Origin: a bacterium
GTDB taxonomy: Bacteria; JAJVIF01
Assembly (NCBI GenBank): GCA_022072165.1
Contig: JAJVIF010000002.1
Coordinates: 176,221-240,220, forward strand
Direction: 5' to 3'
Length of the DNA: 64,000 nucleotides
Position 1 is the first letter of the stretch; every line of letters begins with the position of its first letter. The notes below the pieces were generated by a model. The model saw nothing but the letters and a program-made list of their open reading frames with translations. It was not told where the DNA came from and made no database searches. The translations under genes and the position numbers were made by a program. Positions 27,424 through 35,164 of this stretch are shown here, one piece after another.

Positions 27424-30066
27424 TTACTGCCAGAACGAGCTTTCGAGCTCCATACCGCTCTGCCAGGCACCGTAGGTTTCGCCCTCCCAGAGGGTTACCC
27501 AGCGGCCATGACCGAGGGAACCGACCTGCGGGAAGAAGCGTCGCCCAGTCCCGGCGGCCAGGACTGTCAGGTCCGGCGAGGCGGCGATGGCGGCTGGTGT
27601 GTCGGTCTGGAGGAAGCGCTTTGCCCGGACCACCTGTCCGGTGGAAGCCACGGAACTGGTGACGAGCATCCCAGCTCCAGTCGCCTGATCAAAGGCAATC
27701 TGGAAATGCCCGGAGCCGCTCACCGAGTGAATCAGGGTCAGGGTCGGACTCCAGGCCGCGCCATCGTAGGTCGCCAACCGGACCTGAGCGGAGGTTTCTA
27801 CGCCCATGAACAGTGTCCCGCTCGGAGCGCGGCGCAGATGTGGCCGGTCATGCAACGACAGGGCGGTGTAGAGCGATGCCGGAGCCTGCCAGGTGCCGCT
27901 GTTAGTACGTGCCCACATGACATTGGAACTGGAAGAGACCGTACCCGCTCCCAGGAACGGATTCTTGAGGTTGGACCAGGCCGCGACCCAGTCGCTGCCG
28001 CTGGTCCCCTCGAGGGTCAGACTCGGGACAGACCCCTGTGAGTGATTGAGCTTGTGGTCCATCGCCCCGATCTGCTGGAGGGCGGTCCAGCTCCCAGAGA
28101 CATAGCGTGTGAAGTAAATCGGCGACGGGGGCTCGGGGATGCCATCCGTGGGGCCGCCACCACTGGCCGATGGCAACTCCCGCAACAGCGCGAAGCCCAG
28201 CTGCCCCGATCCATTCACCGCCAGATTGGGGGTAGACCAGTACCCCGGTCCAACGTTGGTCGTAATCGGCACCATGGCCGACCAGGTCCCATTGGTCTCC
28301 CGGGCCATCCACCCCTGCTCGGTGCCGTTGTAGGTCCCGGTCACATGCAGGCGATCATCGGGTCCGATGGCGAGACTGATGGGAACCCAGAGCTGATTCC
28401 CGATCGTGTGAATCTGCTGAGCCGCGGTCCAGGTGCTGGTGCAGGGGTCCAGGGACTGGTAGTACATGGTGAAATCGTAGAGCGGTGCGACACTGCCGTA
28501 GTCGTAGTAGACGATGTGCACCACGTTATTGGAGTCGGTCACCATCCCGTTCCCGATTTCGCTGTAGTCCCCGAACTGATCCCAGAAGCTGTTGTTGGTG
28601 ACCCGCATCGGCGTCCGCCAGGAGGCAGTCGGATTGATCGCCATGATGGTCGTGGCGATGTCCCAGCCGGTAGGCGTGCCATCACTGACCCGGAGTGCGA
28701 CGGTCGGCGTTCCTGCGGCGCTGAACGGATGGGTCGCGGTGATACCCATGGCATCGACCGTGAAGTTGCTGCCGTCGTAATCCCAGTCCCATTCGTAGCT
28801 CGTGATGGCGTTGGTGCCAGGTGTGCTGCCTGACGCATCGAACGTCTCCCCGATGCCCGTCCCCAGGTCCCCGCCGATGCAGCGCGTGATCGCGGCGGTC
28901 GGCGGCACGCCGACAACTTCCACTGCGACAGGAAAGACCTGATAGGTCACATAGCTGCCGAAACTGACGGGCGTGGTGAGATTCTCTTCGAGCCCGACTC
29001 CCTGATTCGAGTCGGTGACGGTCACCAGCCCCCAATAATCGCCTTCACTGGACGAGGCTCCATTCGTGATGAGGGTCGAAGCGGTCAGCGGGGTCGGGTC
29101 ACTCCCGGTCCCGCTGAGACTCAGGGTCACCGGCGCGGAGGTCACGCCCGGGACCTGCAGAGTGGCGGATGCGACATCGCTCCCGAGGCCCTGCCCATGC
29201 TTCCAGTCCCAGATGTCCACCTGGTACTGCGCGGTGGAGGCAGGCTGCCCGGCCTGCAGGTCGTTCGCAAGCTCGGTCACCGCGACCTTCCATGCGGCGT
29301 TGCCGGCGAACTTCGGCAGGTCGTACTGCGGCGTCTGACGAGTCGCCCGGACCGCAGACTGCCCATAGTCCGCCGTCAGATAGAGCCGCGCCTGGAAGGT
29401 ATTGCCCGTGGTGAGGGTCAGTGCGAGGGTGTCGATGCTGGTCTGGCCGGGGAAGAGGACATTGAAGCCAGCGGGCGACTGATAGCTAAACGGAGCGGAG
29501 GAGGGGTCTTCCCGCAGGATCACATAGGGCTGAACCGGGGCGGCGGTGAACTCCGGCTGGCTCCCGGGATGGGTCGCGAGCCAGGTGTTGGAGTACCCAT
29601 CGACATTGGCCAAAACGCCCGGTGCAATGCTGACGCCACTGAGATTCGCAGGTGTCCGGTCAGTCACCACGAAGCACTTCACATTGAAGATCCCCAGGTC
29701 CGGGCGACTCGCCGGACTGAAGGGATGCGTAATCTGCACATCGACTTCGATCGTGCCTGGCGCGGGGCGTCGGACCGCCACGACCCTGAAGTTGTTGCCG
29801 AAGGTTTTGGTGAACGCCGGAGTCAATCCAAGCTCGCTGTAGTCATCGCCAATGGCGGCGGACTGACGTACCGGGGTCAGTTCGGCGTGATTCGTCGTCA
29901 GGTCGATCATCAGATCGGCGGCGAACAGCGGCCCGGTCGCCGGATCCTGCGCCAGCGTCGGAGCTGCTGATTGCTCCTGGGCTGCCGGAGCAACCGGTGT
30001 CGCGCTTCGCTGACAGGAGAGCAGAAAGAGTCCGGGCAGTAGCAATGCCAGCGAGAGGATGCGCAT
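27424..30066 (-). CDS. array paralog 5: lipoprotein, unassigned N-module + PKD-like + Asp-box-like propeller
   Basis: Trimmed to ATG 30066 (MRILSLALLLPGLFLLS|C). The N-terminal 470 aa or so are nearly identical to paralog 4, and the C-terminal half is diverged. Strands NGTWSAM, SGSWTAL, SGTWQAP and GAAWSPT. Ends SSFWQ. Confidence 0.87.
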   Translation of the reverse strand: MRILSLALLLPGLFLLSCQRSATPVAPAAQEQSAAPTLAQDPATGPLFAADLMIDLTTNHAELTPVRQSAAIGDDYSELGLTPAFTKTFGNNFRVVAVRRPAPGTIEVDVQITHPFSPASRPDLGIFNVKCFVVTDRTPANLSGVSIAPGVLANVDGYSNTWLATHPGSQPEFTAAPVQPYVILREDPSSAPFSYQSPAGFNVLFPGQTSIDTLALTLTTGNTFQARLYLTADYGQSAVRATRQTPQYDLPKFAGNAAWKVAVTELANDLQAGQPASTAQYQVDIWDWKHGQGLGSDVASATLQVPGVTSAPVTLSLSGTGSDPTPLTASTLITNGASSSEGDYWGLVTVTDSNQGVGLEENLTTPVSFGSYVTYQVFPVAVEVVGVPPTAAITRCIGGDLGTGIGETFDASGSTPGTNAITSYEWDWDYDGSNFTVDAMGITATHPFSAAGTPTVALRVSDGTPTGWDIATTIMAINPTASWRTPMRVTNNSFWDQFGDYSEIGNGMVTDSNNVVHIVYYDYGSVAPLYDFTMYYQSLDPCTSTWTAAQQIHTIGNQLWVPISLAIGPDDRLHVTGTYNGTEQGWMARETNGTWSAMVPITTNVGPGYWSTPNLAVNGSGQLGFALLRELPSASGGGPTDGIPEPPSPIYFTRYVSGSWTALQQIGAMDHKLNHSQGSVPSLTLEGTSGSDWVAAWSNLKNPFLGAGTVSSSSNVMWARTNSGTWQAPASLYTALSLHDRPHLRRAPSGTLFMGVETSAQVRLATYDGAAWSPTLTLIHSVSGSGHFQIAFDQATGAGMLVTSSVASTGQVVRAKRFLQTDTPAAIAASPDLTVLAAGTGRRFFPQVGSLGHGRWVTLWEGETYGAWQSGMELESSFWQ
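28659..30066. repeat. about 1.4 kb direct repeat, copy B (5' part of paralog 5)
   Basis: See copy A. Similarity decays just after the PKD-like domain and within the signal-peptide codons. Confidence 0.8.
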
Positions 30067-30152
30067 GAAGCCTGGGCCTCGTGGAGGGGCAGATATGCAG
30101 TGCACTCAGTGTACGTCTGAACCGTGCCGGAACTGACCCTCCAGGATGAGAA

Positions 30153-30181
30153 AGTCCCTGTCAGTTGTGCTGACAGGGACT
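30153..30181 (-). terminator. perfect 12-bp hairpin between the small secreted-protein gene and the paralog array
   Basis: AGTCCCTGTCAG-ttgtg-CTGACAGGGACT. On the minus strand it is followed by TTCTCAT (weak U-tract). It lies about 28 nt downstream of the stop at 30209. It could be a terminator or an RNA-stability/regulatory element. Confidence 0.45.
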
Positions 30182-30208
30182 GTATTCCGTACGTTTTGGT
30201 GCAGAGGC

Positions 30209-30682
30209 TTAGATTTTGATATCGATGATGGCGCTGACCGCCACCCCCTGGACCCGCCTGATGTTGCTCGGATTCTCATTGGAGACCGGCACCATGGCCC
30301 GGATCCGGATCCCTTTCCTGAAGTCCTTTTCCAGTTGCACGACCGCTTTCACTTTCGCCACTGCCGCTGTCGGGCCTGTCACCTGCGCCGCCCCGACATA
30401 GCCCCCATCGGGTGAGAGGATGATGACGACCTTGGTGGAGGCGTTGGTTTCCGCGTCGTTGTTGTCCAGCAGCTGATTGATAGCCCGATTGATCTCCGGG
30501 CCGTACTCCTGCACGACCAGAAGGATCCCGCCGACTTTGAGGGCATCACCAAGATCGACCCCCAGGATTTTGGGGAGGCTGACGACAACATCGACGGGGA
30601 CCGCATCCGGGAGCGGTGCCGCCTTCACAGGGACAGTGCCGGCGAGCAGAGTCAGCAGGACGAGGGTGAGTGTCAGACGCAT
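30209..30682 (-). CDS. hypothetical small secreted protein (157 aa)
   Basis: Track ORF (308 aa) trimmed to ATG 30682, with GGAGG 7 nt upstream and signal peptide MRLTLTLVLLTLLAGTVPVKA. No family recognised. Confidence 0.65.
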   Translation of the reverse strand: MRLTLTLVLLTLLAGTVPVKAAPLPDAVPVDVVVSLPKILGVDLGDALKVGGILLVVQEYGPEINRAINQLLDNNDAETNASTKVVIILSPDGGYVGAAQVTGPTAAVAKVKAVVQLEKDFRKGIRIRAMVPVSNENPSNIRRVQGVAVSAIIDIKI

Positions 30683-30784
30683 GGGCAGGACCTCCAGGTC
30701 GACGAAATGGCTTTGCCTAAAGATACTCAATCCAGCGCAGTAGCGACGTCTGAGACCTAAGCGAATCCGCGCTATCAACACGCC

Positions 30785-31402
30785 ATGAGCGGCGTACACT
30801 CCCCCCTTATGGCCGGGGCGCGTCGCGATTACTACACGCTGCTGGGGGTCCGTCCGGACGCCACCGCACCGGAAATCCGGGCGGCCTTTCTGGCGCTCGC
30901 CCGGGCCTGGCATCCCGACAAGGCGACCAATGAAGATCGCCCCGCTGCTGAAGCTCGCTTTCGGGAACTGACCGAAGCGTATGAAACGCTGTCTGATCCG
31001 GCGCGTCGGCGCGACTACGACACCCGACGTCGGCTGGAGCAGGTCTGGAAGCCCCCGCCAGCCCCATCCGGACTCTGGTCGCAGACACGAGAGAGGGTGG
31101 TCCAGCGCTGGGGACTGGAGCGGGTACCCTGGCATGGCTGGCTGGTGCTCGGACCGGTCATGCTGGGGGTGGCGGCGGTCATCGCAGCCCAGTTTTTCTT
31201 CTATTACGTCTTCGTCTACGGGACACTTATCGCTGTCCCCCTCATCGCTGCGTGGTACGCCTGGCTCCTCTGGAAGCCCCTGGCGCTGATAGTCCTCGCG
31301 CCGACTTTCTGGCTCTGGGGCTTTTTGTTACAGGGGCTGTATCGGAACTGGCGACGCGAAGAGGCGGACCGGACGGCCCCCCGCTACCGGGAGTCGCTTT
31401 GA
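30785..31402 (+). CDS. membrane-anchored J-domain (DnaJ-like) protein
   Basis: J domain DYYTLLGV..IRAAFLALARAWHPDK..AYETLSDP..R..YD, followed by about three TM segments. Confidence 0.85.
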   Translation: MSGVHSPLMAGARRDYYTLLGVRPDATAPEIRAAFLALARAWHPDKATNEDRPAAEARFRELTEAYETLSDPARRRDYDTRRRLEQVWKPPPAPSGLWSQTRERVVQRWGLERVPWHGWLVLGPVMLGVAAVIAAQFFFYYVFVYGTLIAVPLIAAWYAWLLWKPLALIVLAPTFWLWGFLLQGLYRNWRREEADRTAPRYRESL

Positions 31403-31415
31403 TCTCTTAAAAAAA

Positions 31416-32834
31416 TTAACGACGCACAGGACCCGGCTGTGCCAGAGGCTGACGAATGGTGATGATGCGCTGCCCATCCGTGCCATATCCCACCAGCAGG
31501 AACTCATTGGACCGGGTGCGGTAGTAGAAGTAGTCGCCCGGCGAGCGCTCGGTGGGCGAAGAGATCGACATGGCGTAGCGCCCGGCGAGCAGGTTGGGGA
31601 ATCCGACATGGGCAAAGCCCAGCAGTTCCAGCTGCGACACCGCGCTGGGGAGATAGCCATGCTCGTTGTGGAAGAGTTCCAGCAGTTTCGCGATCTGGAA
31701 GACCATGCGACGGGTCTGCTGCTCAGCCGGGGTCCACGCCCCTTCGCCGAGCTGTCCCATCGCTGAAACTCCGGGCCGCAGCGGCGCGGTCTCTACTTTG
31801 AGTCGTCGGACCGGCCCGTTTGTCGGAGTCGCAAGCACCACCCCCGTGGTCGGCGTCCCGCGCTCATACGCCAGGCCCCCTGGCTGTCGGCTGTTCATGG
31901 GATGCCAGATGCCCCCAGCGACTGGATCGCGCAGGACCAGCAACAAGTGTCCCGCTTCCGCCAGGGCTTCCAGAGTGGGGGGCAACTCGCCCTTTTCGGA
32001 GCGATAACTGAGCAGACTCGCAATCAGATTACGGCTGTTCATGTCCAGGAGCTGATTTGGTCGGGAATCGAGACCCGAGAGTCCGGCAGCCCGACTCAAG
32101 GTTAGTTCCCGGCGACTCTCTACAGGGCCAGACAGAGCAGCATCCGGGGTCGGAGGATTTTCTGCAGCAGCGTTTGACGCCATCTTGTTCGCGGCATCTC
32201 CCGGGACCGTCTCTTCGATGGCATCGTGATCGTCAGGGTCGACTTCGAGTGCCGCCATGGCCTGATGCGCGAGGTCGGCATCGGCCCCACCATCACTGAG
32301 GGCTTCACGCTGCTGGTTCAGGACCGCCGGTGGAATCCCCAGCGTATCCCGCAACTGTTGTTCCTGCGCCCGGGGCATCACGCCCTGATCCGGTAGGAAC
32401 TGACGGAACCGGATGATCGCCTCGTTTTCGAGCATGAGGGCGTTCTGGTCCGCCATCGATTCAAAGAACCCGGTCAGGCGGATCACCACTTCCCCCCCCC
32501 GAAAGCGCAGGAGGTCGCTGACAAAGAGATCCGCCCGCTCCCCTTCCAGCGGCAGGGCCAAAGAGGTCGCAATCGCCTGGGGGTCGCCGGTCAGGGCACT
32601 CTCTCGGGTGAGAACCCAAAAATCAAGGAAGTCGAGGAGGATGCGATTCCGGTCCGAGAGGATGGTGCCCCGGGGGAGCGTGAGAGTGAACTCCAGCCAG
32701 TGCCCCGCGCGATTCTGCCACCGGGCACTCCGGTACTCCGTAAAGGCGTAGGTCGGCTGGTGCACCTCGGCGAAAGCCAGCACCGACGGGAGCCACAGGA
32801 GGAGCGTGAGCCAGCAGAGTCGCCATCGATGCAT
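31416..32834 (-). CDS. hypothetical secreted protein (downstream of the ECF sigma / putative anti-sigma pair)
   Basis: Trimmed to ATG 32834 (AGGAGG upstream). Signal peptide MHRWRLCWLTLLLWLPSVLAFA. No family recognised. Confidence 0.7.
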   Translation of the reverse strand: MHRWRLCWLTLLLWLPSVLAFAEVHQPTYAFTEYRSARWQNRAGHWLEFTLTLPRGTILSDRNRILLDFLDFWVLTRESALTGDPQAIATSLALPLEGERADLFVSDLLRFRGGEVVIRLTGFFESMADQNALMLENEAIIRFRQFLPDQGVMPRAQEQQLRDTLGIPPAVLNQQREALSDGGADADLAHQAMAALEVDPDDHDAIEETVPGDAANKMASNAAAENPPTPDAALSGPVESRRELTLSRAAGLSGLDSRPNQLLDMNSRNLIASLLSYRSEKGELPPTLEALAEAGHLLLVLRDPVAGGIWHPMNSRQPGGLAYERGTPTTGVVLATPTNGPVRRLKVETAPLRPGVSAMGQLGEGAWTPAEQQTRRMVFQIAKLLELFHNEHGYLPSAVSQLELLGFAHVGFPNLLAGRYAMSISSPTERSPGDYFYYRTRSNEFLLVGYGTDGQRIITIRQPLAQPGPVRR

Positions 32835-32963
32835 GTCGCTGCCTCCTGTGTGGGATGTCGTAGTCACTGACCGGTGTCGGCCGCTAGTGTAGCGACCCCA
32901 TGCCGGACCCGCTCCATCTACTTGGGATGCGGTTGGAACGGTGCCAGTTCAGGGAAGGGAGAT

Positions 32964-33446
32964 TCAGGGGTAGGTGAGGGAGGCTGGGACCGCCAGGTCA
33001 TCCGCGGGATAGCTTCCGGACTGCTCTGCCAACAACATCTGCAGTTCTTCCAGCGCATCTGCCCGGAGTTGCTCCTGGTCATCTGCCGCCAACTGGCGAT
33101 CCATTACTGCCATCAGGCGTCCATCAGGCGTACTAATCAGCAGGTAGCCCGGAGGGAGATGCAGGGCTTCCGGCGGACGTTGCGCCTGCTGCCAGGAGTA
33201 GCCAATCCAGGAACCGGCCGCGAGCAGCGTCGCGACACAGCCAGAAACAACAGCCCGATAGGTCCGGGGGTTGAGCACGAGGGTACCGAGGGTCCGGGCT
33301 TTCCATGCCGGCTCCGGAGTGATATCGGCCCGGGCAAGTTCAGCTTCCAGTCGGGCGAAAAATGCCGCCTGCTCCTCCGGCGCGATGCCGGTGGGGTCAC
33401 AGGACGGATCAGGATCGGTCGGTGGGATGCTGGGCGACGTCGTCAT
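32964..33446 (-). CDS. putative anti-sigma factor (single-pass membrane protein)
   Basis: 160 aa immediately downstream of the ECF sigma gene. Central TM segment VVSGCVATLLAAGSWIGYSW. No zf-HC2 motif, so the call is by position only. Confidence 0.4.
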   Translation of the reverse strand: MTTSPSIPPTDPDPSCDPTGIAPEEQAAFFARLEAELARADITPEPAWKARTLGTLVLNPRTYRAVVSGCVATLLAAGSWIGYSWQQAQRPPEALHLPPGYLLISTPDGRLMAVMDRQLAADDQEQLRADALEELQMLLAEQSGSYPADDLAVPASLTYP

Positions 33447-33525
33447 CGGTCAGGGAAGGCTCCTTGGTCAGCACCGCTTCCTGCGCCAGGAAATCGGTGG
33501 AAGGAGCGCGGGCATCCAGAGCCCT

Positions 33526-34128
33526 TTAGCTGGCGTATTCGGTCTCCAGGGCGGACCCGAGGTCGGTCTCCATCAGCTGGGACTTCAGGCGCTTGCGGGC
33601 ATAGTGCAGGCGGCTCTTCACGGTCCCGGGGCTGATCTGGAGGATCTTCGCGGTCTCCTCGATGCTGAAGCCCCTTAGCTCGAACAGCACCAGCGCTTCA
33701 CGCATCTTGGGATCCAGCGATTCGATGGCGGACTGCACCCGCACCGCCTGGTCCCGGCGCTCAGCGATGACATCGGGGTCATCGCCCGGCTGCTGCGGAA
33801 TGTGTCCCGCCTGCTCGAACTCGTCCACAAAATAAAGCTGCTCGCGCTTGCGGCGCTTCAGCGTGTTGCGGAACTGGTTCGCCGTGATCTGGAAGATCCA
33901 CTCTTTGAACTTGGAGCGGTCCCGCAGCTGATGGAAGTACTTGTACGCCTTGAAGTAGCTTTCCTGCAGCAGATCCTCGGCATCCTCTCGGGTGCCAGTG
34001 AGGCGGTAGGCGAAGTTATAGAGCTCCGTCCGGATCCCATCCATCTTGGCCTGGAAAATCCGACGGGTTTCCTCACGGGTCTCCGCAGCAGCGAGCTGCT
34101 GCGGACGGGCGAGAATGTGCTGCAGCAT
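33526..34128 (-). CDS. RNA polymerase sigma-70 factor, ECF subfamily
   Basis: 200 aa. Region 2 (AEDLLQESYFKAYKYF..FKEWIFQITAN) and region 4 HTH (REALVLFELRGFSIEETAKILQISPGTVKSRLHYARKRL). Confidence 0.9.
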   Translation of the reverse strand: MLQHILARPQQLAAAETREETRRIFQAKMDGIRTELYNFAYRLTGTREDAEDLLQESYFKAYKYFHQLRDRSKFKEWIFQITANQFRNTLKRRKREQLYFVDEFEQAGHIPQQPGDDPDVIAERRDQAVRVQSAIESLDPKMREALVLFELRGFSIEETAKILQISPGTVKSRLHYARKRLKSQLMETDLGSALETEYAS

Positions 34129-34288
34129 GGCGTCTGTCCTTCCTCGTAGACCAGCCCATCGGGGAGAGACTGATCACTAGGTTACCCCAAATACTACGGG
34201 GGTAGACGACCCATACGATGCCGGGTTGCATCGGCGGGGTTCAACAGGGCGACAGAATGTCGCAAAATGATACAGGCGGGATGGGGAA

Positions 34289-35107
34289 TTAGCTCCCTGA
34301 CGACTCATAGCTCCGCAATCCGATGCTCCACAAGCCATAGCCGAGCCCCGCACAGCAGGCCCCCACCAGCGGACTCACCCAGCCGATCCAGACCGCGCTG
34401 CCGGCCACTTCGCTTCCACCAAAGAAGAGATGCGCAGGGTAAAACGCCACGAATCCCAGGGGAATGCCGAAGGTGAAGGCCAAACGGAGCGCCGAGGGAT
34501 AAATGCTCAGGGGATAGGTCGCCAGCTGGTCCCCCACCATCAACATGATCTGCATCAGACCCGTGCGATCTTTCAGCCAGAAGCTCAGGGCGGCGGTCCC
34601 GGTCAGCATCCCGAGGTAAACCAGACTGCCGCTCCAGATCGCCAGGAAGAGCAGCACGACACTGACCGCGTGAAGCGGTACGTCGAGCTGCTGCAGCGCC
34701 CAGAGGCTGACCAGCGTACCGGTCACAACCGTGATGGTGTCCTCAAAGGACATCCGCTCCATCAGGAGCTGGAAGTAGGGATTCAGCGGACGCAGCAGCA
34801 GGCGGTCGAGTTGCCCCTCCAGGATGTAGCTGCCGGGGAGATAAAAGAGATTCACACCGATGGTGAAGAAGAGTCCCAGCGCTGCCATGTGGATGCCGAA
34901 GATGAGGAGCACTTGCGGCAGGCTCCAGCCCCCCAGATGTCCCGCCGGGAGGAGCACAAACCAGATGAGGGCGGCATCGGTGATGATCCAGAGGATGTAC
35001 GAGAACATCTCCACGGCGACACTGCCGCGGTACTCAAGAACCGTCTTCAGATACTGCGCCAGATAGCGCCAGGCTAGGGCGGGATAACGCCCGAGAGCAG
35101 CAGTCAT
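34289..35107 (-). CDS. ABC-2 family transporter permease (DUF990-like)
   Basis: 272 aa with about six TM segments. N-terminus in the style of ABC-2/DUF990 permeases (YLKTVLEYRGSVAVEMFSYILWII). AAGGGGGAAG upstream. Confidence 0.55.
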   Translation of the reverse strand: MTAALGRYPALAWRYLAQYLKTVLEYRGSVAVEMFSYILWIITDAALIWFVLLPAGHLGGWSLPQVLLIFGIHMAALGLFFTIGVNLFYLPGSYILEGQLDRLLLRPLNPYFQLLMERMSFEDTITVVTGTLVSLWALQQLDVPLHAVSVVLLFLAIWSGSLVYLGMLTGTAALSFWLKDRTGLMQIMLMVGDQLATYPLSIYPSALRLAFTFGIPLGFVAFYPAHLFFGGSEVAGSAVWIGWVSPLVGACCAGLGYGLWSIGLRSYESSGS

Positions 35108-35164
35108 ATCGTAGGCTTCCCCCTTTCGCGGAAGTTGCGGCGCTTTTGCGGGACCTGCAGTCCC

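Noticed and set aside
25688-29970. Plus-strand ORFs 25688..26575, 26786..27475, 28042..28833 and 29197..29970 opposite paralogs 4 and 5
   Set aside because: Same reasoning. Their apparent 'conservation' between the two loci simply mirrors the 1.4-kb duplicated coding sequence on the other strand.
16350-30066. Considered whether the array is a polymorphic-toxin/CDI-like locus (conserved N-terminus, variable C-terminus, 'orphan' cassettes)
   Set aside because: The variable C-termini are all homologous propeller-like domains rather than distinct toxin domains. No RHS/YD or filamentous haemagglutinin repeats are present. Intergenic gaps (57-140 nt) leave no room for immunity genes.
16350-30066. 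Considered a diversity-generating retroelement acting on the variable C-terminal halves
   Set aside because: No reverse transcriptase gene and no template/variable repeat pair with adenine-specific differences is visible anywhere in the window.
30683-31135. N-terminal 150-aa extension of track ORF 30209..31135; likewise the extensions of 41172..42296, 59139..60221, 21854..24637 and 16350..19073
   Set aside because: The extensions are Pro/Arg/Gly-rich. They lack an SD and often overlap neighbouring genes. In each case an internal ATG preceded by a GGAGG-type SD starts a signal peptide or the conserved N-terminus (e.g. MKIAILSRN of RimK).
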